Source: Haplodiscus bocki
Lineage: Eukaryota
Direction: 5' to 3'
Assembly (NCBI GenBank): GCA_965655095.1
Contig: OZ296649.1
Span: forward strand, 108,810,001-108,874,000
Length of the DNA stretch: 64,000 nt
Under the pieces are notes generated by a model that saw only the letters and a program-made list of their open reading frames with translations, was not told the DNA's origin and did not search any database. Made by a program: the position numbers and the translations under genes. How positions within the stretch are numbered: the first letter of the stretch is position 1; each line of letters opens with the position of its first letter. Below, piece by piece: positions 12,937-27,900 of the stretch.

Positions 12937-15900
12937 ATGATGAAAAGTCCTGAAAAAGTGTTGTCGCTATACCAGAAAATTTGTGTTGAGAAAAACGTAT
13001 CCACACAACAATGTATCATGGAACAACTGAAAGCGTTTGCAAGAAAGTCCACTGAGCTGCTGTCTTTCCGTGGATACTCACTGACGCTTGACTCCTGCGC
13101 AGTGTTGGGCGAATTGCTCAATGCCGATAATTTCACGGCTTTGGATTTCTCTGATTGTGTTCTAACTGACGATGGCGCAAAACTGATTATTAATGGTTTG
13201 ATCAACAACAAAACTGTTCACACATTAAATCTCAAGGTATTGATTCGTTTTTTTTCTGATTCCCCCTTAACCTTGAAAGTGTATTCGCTGGCTACAAACT
13301 AAACTATTCAGAGGTGTTCAGAGATTCCTTTTTCGTTATTGTTGGTTTATTTCCATGTCCGAATTTGCCTTTTATTTTCAAAAATGATTTGTATTGATTA
13401 ACAAGTCGGGAATGGTCCAAGCCGCTCACTGCCCTCATGGCTCAAGATATATAAGGGTGTATCACAAAAATTTTTGGTATTTAGTTTTTTTTTAGTTTTT
13501 TTGAAATGGGTTTTTAGGACTGTGGAAAATTTGAAGCACTGTCAGTGTTTCCCGTTCTGGTTTGTTTAAAACGGTTTTTCGTGCGGCATTTTGCAAAATT
13601 TTGATTTTTTTCCTAAACGCAGCACAGCTTGTTCCCCAGTCAATGCAGTTGCAAAAGTGTAAACCCTGTGACATTTTATGTTCATCTATCCCAATTGGCG
13701 GGAAAACGGAGTAAGGGTTAAAGGAGACCCTGTGGTTATCCTAAATATTTTCTGAAGTCTTATCCGCCTTGGGCGGCTATGCTTTGTATTCTTGTACATA
13801 CTATACTGTGTTTCCAGGCTTTGGGTTGTCCCTTCCAGGACGACTGAAGACCTAGGAATTCATTGCTGAACTGTAGATTTTTTTTGATTTCGATGATCTT
13901 AAAAAACAAAATTCACTGCAACAGTTGAGCGCTTTTTTTAAAAAGCGCCGACTAAAAAGGACTACTCGATCTATTTCATTTTATGCCCTAATGGCTAATG
14001 GGCAACGTTTTTGTTGGCAGGGAAATAATCTGAGGTCTGCATCTGCTGAAGCTCTTGGAAGACTGCTGCGTCACAATCAAGCAATAGAGAAGTACGCTCA
14101 TACTTTCAAATTTCTATTTTTCGATTTCCTAAAAGTATCTGAAAGAATAAAATTGATGAAAAAGACTACTTATCAATTCGTTTTAACATTAATGGAAAAT
14201 TCTGCAGATTTATCTTGTCCGCGACAGAAGTGAATTCTGTGAAAAACAAGTTGAGAACAGCTCAAAGGCGGAGCTACACATCTGTCGGGCTCGAAAAAGA
14301 TGTCAAAATTTTTTTGTCTCTGAAAAGTTGCACAGAAGGTACTTTTTGGTGTTTTTGAGTACTTGACCGTGCTTGTTATAGACTGTATTTGCATGCTTTA
14401 AAATAATGTGCCAGGGAAAAAGTAAACAATTCGTTGTGATCTTCTTGAAAAACGTAATTACAGGAGTCGGCTTTTTACTATTAATTTGAAAACTTCCGAC
14501 TAAAAATAGCTTCCAGGAGATCGGAAAATTTTCAAAACGCCGTCTTGGAAAAGAGCGCTGAATGAAAAAATCTTTACGTAGTAAATGTTTGCAGTTTAAT
14601 CCTGGAGTGGAATAGCCTTGGAATGTGGGATGCCTCCTTTTCGGTGCTAGCTCATGGGATCGCTGCCAATAGATGTCTCAAACGAGTTGATCTCAGATCC
14701 AATCAAGTGTCACACGATGGGGCCACAGAGCTCAGTGTTGCAGTGAAACAGAACCACTCTTTAGATCATCTAGGTTGGTGTTTTACGAATTGATTCAAAA
14801 TTGTTACAAGTATTGAATGAAGCGTTCCTTTGACTCTTCAAATTTCAATTAGCTGCAAGCTTTCACAATCTAAAAACGAAACATTTATTTTCAGACTTTG
14901 ATTTGCCATAGAGTTGTAGTTTGTGATGATTGAAAAGTTGAATGGGATGATCTGATGGCGTTCCGCGCGTCCTTATAAGTATCAGCTAATCTGGGTGCAT
15001 GAAAGTTACCGTGTATCGCTCTTTCGGGTCAATTTGTCTGTCAAATGCCGTTAATTTAGCGCTGTAGAGCCATGCAACTGAACAAAAAGCAGCTAAGATC
15101 TAAAATAAGCACGATTAAATTTGGCTCTATCACAGAATTTTTCGGTGAGAATGCAAGATTTTCCATTCCTTTAATGCTTATTGCTGAAATACTAGCAGAA
15201 ACAAACCGAATGGATACTTTTTCTTGGAAATCTTTAAATTGGACGAGACAATTACCATTTCTTGAACGAACCGCGAGCTGTATTCAAATGTGAAATGAAT
15301 ATCTTCGAAGAACACCATATTACTGATTGTATTGTACTGCCAGGTAAGTAATTCAATTACAAGTTATAACAGACCGGGAACGGCCCAAGGCGGCGCCGTT
15401 CGTATGGCTCCAAATACTTGTAGGAAGGAGTTGATTTTGATATTTGAAAAAAAAATGAGATCCGAACCCGCTACCTGTTGATTTTGTAGATTTTATAAAG
15501 GGGGTAGCACGAAACAATTCTGAACCGAAGCTCTACAAGTATTTCGATAATAGTTAGGTTTTTGATATGTTTCTTGGTATCAAATGCAAAAAATTTTATA
15601 GCCTATACAAGGGGATCGAACCCACGACATGTGGATTGGGAACTCTTTTGTCCAATGGGCCATCTAAAATGTGAAAAAATATAGCCTATACCAGGGTTCG
15701 AACCTGTGGCTTCCGAACCGTTTTTTCCAACCCACTTGGACATACAAAGTATAAATAAAATTATAGCCTATACTGCAGTTCGAACTCGCGACTTGGCCTC
15801 GGAATGCTTTTGTCCTACCCTCTAGACTAGTGGGTTTTTTCTAGAGTGCTAATCGCTTTGGGTTGGGTGTGTAGAATTTCTTCAAATTTAGGTCCTCAAA

Positions 15901-18900
15901 AACAAAAAAGACACAAGTAGTTGATTATTTTTCTAAAAAGCGCAGACTAAAAAAACCAACAGTACTTCTAGGGTATGTAGATGATACACTATTATCATCT
16001 AGTCATAAAATCAACCTCCAGAGTGATACTAACTGATTGATTGTTCACTTTAAGCTCCAAAGACTAACTAATTCATACAATGACGAAATATTACCATATC
16101 TAAAAACCACTACCCAGAAAGTTCAACCGGAAATTCCACTCAATATTAACAACAAACAAGGCCATTCCAAATAGAAAAGTCAAAGTACTTGGCCAGCTTC
16201 AAAAAGAACTGCTCTGAGCATCACACCTTCGGATTAATATCGTCTTTTGGAAAGGATTTCAAAACAAGAAGCGAAGTCGCACTGCAATATTTCCCGTCAA
16301 AGGCTCGCAGAAATGACCTATGGAACATACTACTAAAGGTTTCGACACAGAGATCTATATTTGACAAAACAAAAAGTTGTCGAATGAGACCTGTTTAGAA
16401 AAATTGAAGCCTGTAGCTTTGGACAGTTATGAGTTTGAATATCGACAAATTTATGACAATGATTCAAGCTTTTGTGGTCATCGGTCTATCAGGTTTCTGA
16501 TGCTTGTAAGAAACCTAAAGATTTTCATTTGAAAGACTTCCTTCAGATAGAAAGCTGTCAATTAATAACTTGATGGAGGAAATCAAAACGGTAGTTTCGG
16601 AGAAGTTGAGATTTAAATATCGGGATTTGTCCGTACTAATAGCACGTCTCGCCATCAAAATCTCGATGTGAGAAACAAAAATCATGGATGCATTATCAAG
16701 TAGTCCTCAAGTAAATTGATGTCGATTTGGAAACTGACGGAAAAATGAAACGGACAGTGTTGGAAAAATTTTTTTTTGAACATCATTACGAGTCATACAA
16801 GGATGCTTTTTTTTTTAGAAATTTCCGTCTATCAAAGTTTGGGTTACACGAAGGTAAGCCGATTTGTTACTTTCACGCGACCTATAAGAAGAAAATGTGC
16901 GATCGCAGAAAGAAAAATTAGTTCCAATGCCAATATCTCTAAACATGACTCGCAAATTTAGGCATTTTCGTCGTGTCCGGAGTCCAATTTAATCAAAGTG
17001 ACGGTTTTTCATTTACATAGTCTTGCACAGAAAGCTGCTGATTCAGAGCTGGATGTAACAAATTGAGCCATTAGTAATGGAGCAAAATGATTTCGAAGGT
17101 CGAGATTACAATAGTTTTTGGCGTTCTCGGACTGAAAGGATTCCAACGCAATGAACGAAATCAGTGATTTTTCAATGGAGTAGCCTTCCATAGGTAGTAA
17201 AATGTTAGTAGTATAGGTTTGGGGGGGTTAACCGAACACTTTCGTGCTCCCTACAGTGTTATAGCAATTCGATGTTCCTTTTCTATATCTGTGGAACCAT
17301 TTCACGGTCACAGTGTTTAATTTCATTTCTTCTTGATATAGTATTACAAATCAAATACTGCGTGAATACTTAAAGTTTATGTAGCCGCTACATAAGCCCT
17401 AAAGATATTCTTTGTGATTGCAGTTCAGTTATTTTCTTTCATACGCTATTCTACTTAATACAGTTGAGCTATTAAACGGTGCTGTTACCCAGATGAGCTG
17501 TATATATAATCGGTTAGTTTCATTATACATCAATGGTGCCTCTAGCCTGGTGATTTATTCCACTGGGATTTCATGTAAGTCACGAATTCTGGACCAAATG
17601 GTTGGGCGCGCTAGAGTTGGCGGGCTTCTGAAGCAAAATTGGAAGGGGTTTTGAACTTCTGAAATTTTCTGCCTGTTTCATTTTCTCATCCATTGAGTCT
17701 TATATTCGAATATCAGCTCGGAAATTGAACTGAAATTCAACTCTTCGCATTTCAGAGGATCAAAGCCAACCGATGTCATAAAATACTACTTTTGTTCTCG
17801 GTAATTTTTCGCGATCCCTTTGCAGTTCAACGGCTCTTCTCTCAATTTTTCGACAATAACTTTTGCTAATTCGATTTTTTTTCGCCAGAAAAGATAATTT
17901 TACCTTATAAGTTCTTGTTTGGTATTTTGGAAATGAAATGGAGATTATTTGTATAGACCATTAACCAACTCCAATATAATCAGAATTATAAATAGTTGAT
18001 TTTGTTACAATAAATTTGATTGAATTGTTCATTCACTGTCGTCCAAGAGAGACGATTGCTGTCTCTGACTTTGCGATTGCTCGCTTTGCTGACTTGAAGC
18101 GAGACAGAGGCGCGTCTTCATCGGTGATGTTTTCTTCAGCCGCTTCCCTCTTGTATGCAATTTTTGATACTTGTTCAGTTGAACTTGAAGAACCTTGTTG
18201 CGGCTGGTTATGCTGGATACGATCTAGATATCTGTTATAATCCATGACATTTTTCATTACTTCACAGTGGTGTATCGTTATGCCCTCGCCGTCTCTTTCG
18301 AATGTCCCATTCTGTTTGTTCGTCTAGTATTTTCGGAGTGTAATGTACACGGCCTTTCGAATGTGTACATTTGAATTATATACGTACATTGACACACGGA
18401 AAGCTGTATTCGTAGCTAGAACAAATATCCAAATTAAAACTTCTTCTAATCGTCTCGCAGACATTCACCTCCATAGCAAATCTAACAAACATAGTTAATA
18501 CATCCAGATTTCAATGAGTGGTCATATTAATAAGTTAATACTAACTTTGCTCGTTGAGAATGATTGACTAAAATCGAGAATCATTCAGTAGTCCTGAATC
18601 CTCGTTTGCTCGCAGCGGCACCAAGACGTCTCGTGGGGCGATGTTGTTTCCCAGCAAGCTGAAGAGTATTCTTGTCCAGTTGAGTTGGGTCAACTTTGTG
18701 AAATGTTGACCGTTAATTACCATATCCTGGCTGCCTGTATCTGACATTTCGCCAAATTCGTCGAAACGCTTCTTCGTGAAAGCCAGGTGGGCTTTCCCGG
18801 CAAACATCCGCACCCTCAGCTCTCGCGGTTCGTGCAGCATCATTGTTGAGAAGTTTTCATTGTTTTCAGCCACAGCGATTATGAAGCGGAAATTTTAAAA

Positions 18901-21900
18901 AATTATGGGAAGAATTTAGATCTCTTTGATGCCTAAGCTAGTTTGACAATGACTTTAGTTGAGTTTGTTCTCGCTTTCGATAACTCCCAACTGTTAGATA
19001 CAAGTTATCGTTGGCTGACCACCGACTTTTACTGTCATGCCATGGACATTTTGATGGTAAGTCTATTGATGTTGGTGAAAAGCTCAATTGTATTGATAGC
19101 TATCTGATTGTTTTGTGCATTCTTGTGTGAAATGTGTCGGTTATAAGTTTGGTCTCGCGCCTATTTGGGATGTCGCCCTGATGAGTAGAGGTCTCTTGGA
19201 GTGACTGGCGAGAGATTAAGTAAATAATCAGATGAAACCTTTCTTAATTCATTTGGTCCCAAACTTTTGATACTTACTGTATCATCAAGTCCATTATCGG
19301 AGAGTATTTTAGAAAGCTCAACTCTCGAAGAACTTTGTTGGGATGGAAACGCAGAAAAATGATAAGTCAATCTACGTTGCTTTCATGTTTCCACCCTAGG
19401 TGAAAATGGTTTATACATGTTTCCATCCCAACTGGTACTGTGTTCAGCTACAAAATCAGCTCTTCGATTATTTCCCTTTTGGTGGGACTGTTAGAGATCT
19501 TTCCAAAAATGCCGAGCTGTAATGATTGTAATAAAGGATTCGACACAAAACGACAACGTTATAAACATGTCCGACTGGTCCACAAAAAAGACCCGATCCC
19601 TCGCAACTTCGAATGCGGGCACTGTCATCAAATTTTTACGCGTCTCAACAATCTTTTAAGACATTTGCGTTCTTTTCACAAGTTTTTCAACTTCCAATGT
19701 AAGAGTTTGCGCTCAAGTTTTTGGTTCGCAATCATCATTAAAGAATCATAATGATTTTTTCATCTGGAGTTCGAAAAGAAGACGTCCAGAGCGCTCCATA
19801 TAGAACTCCGGTTTTATCACTTCACGAAAGCGCTGCTATCAAATCTCATTTCCAAATTTTTGCATAGCCCTCGCAGAAGATCTTGTTGATCCATTCGCCT
19901 TTCTGCTGGATAACAAGGATCATCTGAAAACATTTTTAGTTGAGAAAATTCAGGGGCAGGGACATTCGAGAGTGGGTTTATATTTGCAATTGCAACTGAT
20001 GAAACCCCTCGAGGAACAAAGTGTTACTCCGTACTTCAATTCTAGCCTTTTGCGTGTTGTTGGCATAATTGATGATGATGATGATTGGTTTGAAACTATT
20101 GCGCAAGTAATTTGCCAAATCAATATTTTGCACAGGTGGATCTGGATGGGTAGTGCAGAAGCTGATGAATGTTGACTTGGAAGTTTGCAAAGGCAGAGCC
20201 CTCTCTGGGTCGTCATATATTCCAACACCTCCGAAGATTGAGAAACTGAAAAAAGGTTTACTGAATATCAAAAACGTTTACGACGACTTTTGTTTCCTCT
20301 ACTGTGTTGCTGCAGGCTTGTTCCCATTGACACATAATCGATGCCGTTCAAGTACTCGAGCCGTCTGCCTGAACTGATATTCGATCCGAACAACGTGCCA
20401 ATGAAAATCGAGCACATTCCTAAATTTGAGCACGATAATCTTTCCACTACCGTGAAGATGGCGTTCTCACTACGTGCTATTGGAGGAAGAGGTAGAAAAT
20501 GTTCGGAAGAAGATCAACGTTGTGCTGCTGACGAACACAGAAACGTCCCACTATTGTCTCATCACCAACTTTCAGAACTCCATGCACAAAATGTGTTGAT
20601 CCTATAAAAAGAGCGTGAAGGGAAATAAAACGAAATTTTGTGCGAACTATATGCAATCCGTGTTGAAAAAAAATTCAAAGATCACACAGTGTCTTCCGAG
20701 AATACACCTTTACGAATTGAAATGCCCTCTCCGGAAACGAAATTAAAGTTCTGCAATTGGCAGAAAACACAGCGTTGCGCCTTTATTGTGTACGCTGATT
20801 TGGAAGCACTGCTGGTCCCGAGCAAAAAAACATCGGTCGGTCTACAATCGTTATCGAGAATCAATTTCCAGCCAGCTATGGTGCAGTACTTGTTGACTCC
20901 CGCTCAAGTAGTGTTGTCAAAGAGTCTTTTTTTTGTCGTGAGGAGAACAGTATCAACAAACTGGTCGATTGCCTCAGAAGATGGTTGAAATTTTGTGATG
21001 GAGAAAACCAAAAATATCGTGATCTGAAGAAAGTCTTGGGCACAAAAGAGCGGGAGCAGCTTCTACGGTCCAGTGCGAAGAAATGTTGTTTATGCAAAAG
21101 CGAAATTGAAAGTGATGCGGTCATCCATCATAATCATGCGACAGACGAGGTGTATGGACTCGCTCACTCGAATTGTAATTTAAAAGAAAGGACCGTTAAG
21201 TTCTTGCATGTTTTCTTCCACAACCTGGCTAGGTATGATGCGCATCACATCCTGAAATACCTTTAATTACGACCCAACGAAATCCTTTCAGCAATAGCAC
21301 GTATCGGAGACACTTTTATATCTTTCAGTTTAAAAATTCAAACATCAAAGTACACTACAAAACAAGGCGTCAAAAAGCCTATCTCTAGTGAAATACGATT
21401 CTTTCCAGTTCATGTCCCAAGGACTAGATGGCCTAGCTAAAACGATGGAATTGGGTGATCTAAAGCATTTACGATCAAAATTCAGCTATTTGTCCGACAA
21501 AAACTTTTCAAAACTTAGGGGTAAATCAGCCTTCCCCTATTGTTATCTTGATAGTCTTTCCTCCTTTTGGAAATGACTGGAAAAATAGTCTTTCGGGTAA
21601 AATAGATATCGATGCAAAAGACTACCAAAGAGCGATTGAAATATACCATATTTTCTCCTGTACAACTTTCGGAGAGTACCATGACATTTACCTGACTGTT
21701 GATGTCTACCTCCTAGCTGCTATTTTGGAGAAGTGTCGAAATGTTTTTATGTCAGTCGACGAGCTTGATCCTGTTCATTTTTTCTCTGCTCCCAGTCTAA
21801 GTTGGGAGGCGATGTTGATCACAACGAAATTCGAAATCGAGTTACTTCCGGACATCGATATGCTTCTGTTTTTTGAAAATGCTATTCGCGGTGGCATCAA

Positions 21901-24900
21901 TGGAATAGGTGCGCTTCGGACCTTCAGCGCAAACAATAAGTCTATGCAAAACTATAAAGCAAATGAAGATTCAGTGTTTGGGGCTTTCTTCGATGTAACA
22001 TCGTTGTATGCTGGAACTTTGGAGCAACCGCTTCCTCTGGGCGATTACGTTTGGAGATCTGACCTCACCCTGAATGATATTCTTTCTGCGGACCCTTTCG
22101 GTGATATTGGATATATGGTTGAAATAGACTTACATTATCCTTCTTTTCTTCATTCTTCGCACAACGATCTACCCCTCGCGCTCCAGAAACTTCAAATTAC
22201 TCCGGATTGGCTGTCATCTTATGCGTTGTCCTTTGGACTAAAACCTTCTGTTACTGCTAAACTAGTGGAAACTTTATTCGACAAACTGAACTATGTTTGC
22301 CATTTCCGAAATTTACAATTTTACGTTCAGCAAGGTTTAGAGGTAAAAGCTCCTCATAAGTGTTGCAGTTCAAACAAAGCAGTTGGCTAGGAAAATACAT
22401 TTCTAAAAACACTTCAATGAGGAAGCGTGCAACCTCAGACTTCGAGAAAAACTTCTACAAGTTAATGTCCAATGCATGTTTCGGGAGAATCTCAGGAATC
22501 GACGTGTCATCAAGTTCGTTGTGAATGAGATGCAGGTCAAAAAAGTCATCTTGAAACCCAACTTCAAGTCATTCAACATCATTCAACATCAAGATCTAGT
22601 ATCCGTGCACCTCACAAATACTTTCATTTTGTGGATCAAAGCTAAGCCAGTTGGAGCTTCAATTTTGGACTTGTCAAAGCTCGTTTTATATAAATTCCAC
22701 TACTGTGAAATGAAACCCAGATATAGCGATTCATTGACTGTTGTTTATAAGGACACCGACTCACTACTGTATCGTATAGAAACCGATGATTTGTAGATCG
22801 ATGTGAAGAATTTCGCTCATCTACTGGACCTGTCTGAATACCCGAAGAATCAAAAACTTTATGAGCCGACAAATAAAAAAGTTCTTTTGACAATGAAAGA
22901 TGAGCTTAATGGCCTTATACTGGAAGAAGTTGTTTGCCTCAGATCAAAACTTCATAGTATCAAGTTCAGTGGTGGTGTCAAGCAGAGTGCCAAAAGTGTT
23001 CAGCGCTCGGTGAAAAAGGCTTTGAACCATGTTCCAACATGTTTTATCCTCTGGCACTAGCATTCACAAAAAAATGACCCAGATAAGATCGCTGAATCAT
23101 CAACTATTTGTCGCTCAACTGAATAAGGTTGCTCTCAGTGCCTTTGATGACAAACGATTTTTACTCGACTGTGGCATAAAGTCTTTGGCGTATGGCCATT
23201 CGAGCCTCCAGCAAAAATGTAATCACTTTCGCTTGTTGTTTCACTTGTTCCGTCTTGTTTAGTAACTATAATGCATAGAGAAGACTGTATTTAGCATCTA
23301 TTTGATCCCTTAGCCGTTTTGTTTCTTTAGTTTTTCTGACTGATATCAAGATTTTTTCCAGGTACCCCAGCATTGCGTCACGAAAATCCTGTGCTTTCGG
23401 GAAATGAGGACTGCGACGAGAAACAAATGCTTGACGATGATGAGGACGAATTATTTAGTGACGACCGCAGCCTGGACTGTGCTTCTTCGTCAACATCGGT
23501 TGTTTCGATGCACTCAAAGATTACAATGGAGAGTTACGTATGGTTTTTTTTCACTTCTGCGTCCCAAAATTTGGAAAAGTTTTGAGTGTGTTGTTGACTG
23601 TATTGCACTTTTTCAGCTTCAATTGATCCCGGTTTTATTCCTCGCTCTGAGGACGACACTGCCGACATGGACACATCAGACGTTTGCGATTTTGAGAACC
23701 TAACAGATATTTAAGAGAGTAGTGGAGATGAACAGCAGCGTCAAAACACAAAAATCAATTGTTCCTTTATTGACTTTGAAGCAATTGAAGAACCCACTAC
23801 TTCTTCTGCGCTTTAATAATACAGCACTGGAGATTACCTAATGCTAATTCAGTGGCTCGAAAAGGTTCGAAAAAATAGATTTTTGACTTAACAGCTATTT
23901 TATTTTTTACAAAAGGTTAGTATTACAGTATTCATTGCAAAACAAAACCAAATCTATGTCCTGTAAGTTCTTTAGTGGTTGAAAAACAGGCAAAATGAAA
24001 CAATCGAAGTCGGAATAACGTACAGATTTTTGTTCAATTTTTTGAATCAAATAATGCGCGATGTAGAGGCAACAGAGACCGCAAGTGTTTGAATATGGAG
24101 ACTGGATTGGTAATCTAACGTCGCGAATTTTTATAATTTGTTTTTTTTTCCGAAATTTTTATCAAGTGATCAAAGAATAACTGATACCGTTCTACGGGCT
24201 GACCCAACGGATCCCAAACACAGAAAGAGAAACCTCCTGTCTCTCGTCAGTTGTTCTGTTGTTGTTGTTGTTGTTATCATATAAAAGAAGTAAAAGAAGC
24301 CAATGTACTCCAGCAGATCCAGCACTCGACGTGTTTACAATAAATTAGGTTTGAACATGTAGAATTGAATCGTGTTCGCTCTTTTCTTGTTTGTTTTGCT
24401 GCTTCGTGAAATTTTGTCGATGTCTTGGCAAGGAGAAAATCAATCCAAAATTGTCGGCTGACCATACTCCGCCACACGTTTGGGCTACTTCAGCTAGGGT
24501 TATGTTATCCATTGATCAGACTGTTTTTTAAATGTTGCGCGTGGCGTCAGTAAAGGTTTGGCTGAAGCGTTCACCAACTAAAAGTAATTCTACGGAATGA
24601 GTCAGGGCTTCTGTAAAACTCAACTTCAATGTAATACTGGCTCCCGTGAGCTCTGGAAATAAGGTGAGGTCTTTACCGGGCTCTCTCGACGAAGTCAAAT
24701 CGAATACTAGAAAAGAGTGATTTTCTTCGAAATCACTCATTTCTATACCGTTGCCACCTTTTGTGAAACCAAGAGCACAAATTGTGTTGTAAAACAAACG
24801 AGTGTTTTTGGTCGTGTCAATTGGTGTTCCGGCAATTGGAACGCCATTGCCCCGCTGAATTTCAATTGTACTCAATTGAAATTTATTGTATTGGAACGGC

Positions 24901-27900
24901 GTGCATTCAATTGTTGATCCGCGAAAAAAATTGTTTCTGACCATACAGAGAGTTAATCTTCGCACAGGTTCGGTGCCGAAAATATTTTCCCTGAAAAAAC
25001 AATTTTGTCCAGCCTGAATGATGAAACTTTTGTTTAGACTTTCAATATATGGTTAAACTGCTGGGCTTTTTGTCAAGGCTCTTTCAATGCTGACTGTGAC
25101 AGCATCGGACAAGACAACTTTGTTGACAAACAAAGAATCTCTTTCAATTACTACTGCGTACTTGTCTGGTCAACTCGTTTGATGTCTGCTGCCTCCCATG
25201 TTCCCACCCTCTCGACTGCGCAGTTGCTTGGTGATCGGTAAAAGCGCAAATGGAGTGTAACACCCGGCAGCAAAAGCCGGTCACTGTCCGAAAAGTCTAC
25301 GTGTGGTGCTCCATACAACTCAAGATTGAATTGTTCGCCCTTTCTGATATCGTTCATCTCCTTGTCTTTTGCTTCTGCATTTGCCTTGTCATTCGCTCTA
25401 TACCTGTAACCTTGACCGGGGGCCCACGTTCGTTTACTGTCAATGTCTGTGGTCAATTCTGTTTCAATAACTGCTAAGTGATGATTGTTGTTGTTGCTGC
25501 TAGAAATCAACTTCCTATTCAGGAACATCTCTACGTGTGAAAACAAAGAATGTAACGTGTTGTTTGCGAATGTCAGCTCTACATCTCCTGGTTTGACTTT
25601 TTCTGTGCCACCAGGTTGGTATAGGCACACTTCTAGAGATAGGCAAATGCGGTTCAAATCGATAGTTATTGTTTTCTGCGGTTACAAAAAAATCCAACTG
25701 GGGTCCGCGGCAGCCCACATGGAGAAAAACTTCTTGATCAAAAGAGCCTTCGTAATTAACCAAAACACTTGGTCTCTCGAAAAAGTCAAGCGCACTATGT
25801 GTCACCGGATTGGCAATCTATGTTGATCGACCGAATAAAGCTGTTGCATTGTTGTTGTTGCTCGTTGCCATCGAGCTAACTCCGGTAAGTCCTTCTTATT
25901 ATACCATCAACTAAAGTTCATTTTGGATAATACGTCAGACCGACTTCTCTTGGCGGGAATTTTTTCAGAATGACTTCTTTTGTGGCTGAGGGGTGGTGGT
26001 GGTGGGGCACGACAACATGGACTGGCGAAGTTTTGACACTTGTTGAACGTTTTCTAGCCGGGGTGCCCGCCCAGCCGGCCGCCCGCAGCGATTCGCGCGC
26101 CCACCCGCCGCTCCGCCGATATCGGCGACAACTGATCCGGCGCCCGCCTCGGCGGCGCATCCCGGTAGCCTTGGCGATGGTTTTGGTAGCTGATTTTTTT
26201 CAAAACTTCTCGGACAGCTTTACGCGTTCTCTTCTTGCCAGAAACAATGTTCGCCAATTCGGGAACAAAGGAAGAGACCAAGTTTCTGCCAAACTCTTTG
26301 GCCACAGGCAAAACATATTTTTTCATCAAAGGCATCGCCACTCGGCCAATTCGCATGGCAAACGCACTCATTCCACCAGAGCCAAACTGTCGCGCTGGTC
26401 CGTGGAATGTTGATGGCTGATGTTGCTGTCGAATTTGAAAATCATAATGAGCATCCATTTGAGAACTAGTAGTAGTAGTAGATTTAGTTGCAGCAGCAGT
26501 AACCAGTAACACCTTTTTGCGACTTTTATTACCTTTGCAAAAGAATGATGATGATGATGATGATGATGCTCTTGGTACTGACACGTTTTGGTTGGTGACG
26601 ACAAATATGGTGATCGAATAGTGTTTTTTCTAGCCTTTTGCTCTATGCGTTGTCGGAAGTGTAAAGTAAGGTTAGTCCGACCGCGACTGAGAAACGGAAC
26701 CAATTGACTAGTTTCATTGCGAGGCGATACTGGAATAGACTCTGCTAGACTTTACGATGCGGCGCCATTGAAGATTGTTAAATGTCCGATAATTCTGCTG
26801 TTGATTGTTGACAGTAGTCGATCGTTCTGTCAGCGGAATGGCTCTCATCAGGGCAGTACGGTTATCTCACAAGTTTTCATTATGCACCTGATCGCAATAC
26901 AGAAAAATTGTGTTGCAGCTGCCACTGAGTTCTGTTGGAAACTTTCCCTCGTTCTTTGATATAACTTGCCTATTGTTGCCCTATTTTGTTGATTTGTCGT
27001 TTTCAGAGCAGTCATTGAGTGTTTTCATGCCTAAAACGTTCTGTAAGTCTTGGGATATGGTTTCCAAAAACACTCTTGCTTGTTGCCTTCATAGTAGACT
27101 TCCAGAGCTTCTGATGGTGCATCCAGTTTCCACGAGAGGAGAAACTTGTCGACCTCTGTTCTTACGAAAATTTTCTTGCAAATCGAAAGCAAAATTTGAT
27201 CAACGCCAATGTAGACACCGGGTTTGATATTTGTAATGTTTTTGACAAACGTCTCCTGAACAGATCGTATTAGTGGCTGGTACATTGTAACCATTCCGTA
27301 GGGCCTTTGGCTTAGTTTTCTTTTTCGATTTTCGGAGCTATCGCCACCGCCATAATTTTGTGACTTATCTGCTGCGACGCGATACTTGAACTGGCCGTTT
27401 GTTTTGTTTTGAATTGCCGCGGGCCATGCAATTTCGGCCAGTGCCACTTCCCAAAAACCAGATAGGTTAAGTTGTTGAGGTAAAAGAGTTGTGAACTGGG
27501 ACAATGTGTTTTCGGGGAATGTGGTCATCGATGCGTTGGATACCAAATTTTTAGTGAATTCTCTCAATGACATTTGATTCGTGTTTTAGTGTAGAACAAA
27601 TTGGAAACTAATTTTCGAAGGGAGTCAATTCGGCTTCGTAAAATTTGCCCTGAATCAACTGATTGTTGGCGTCTTCAATGGTGTATGTGGGCGGGTTCCT
27701 TGTTTGAACTGCGGCAATGAACACCTCCTCTGTAAACTGAATTCGATGACCCCGATGAAATGTTTCAATTTTTCGTTTTATTCTCACTTGCTGGCCCGTT
27801 TTGTATTTGGGCTGGCGAATTTGATTGCAACACTGAAGTGAAATCAAATAAGGAACATCATTTTTTCCAACGTCTTTTGGCGCTTACTTTGTGATCCGAT

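Noticed and set aside
26368-26703. ORF with a poly-His run
   Set aside because: The His run is a (GAT)n microsatellite between decayed penton and core genes; only the first residues are the penton C-terminus.
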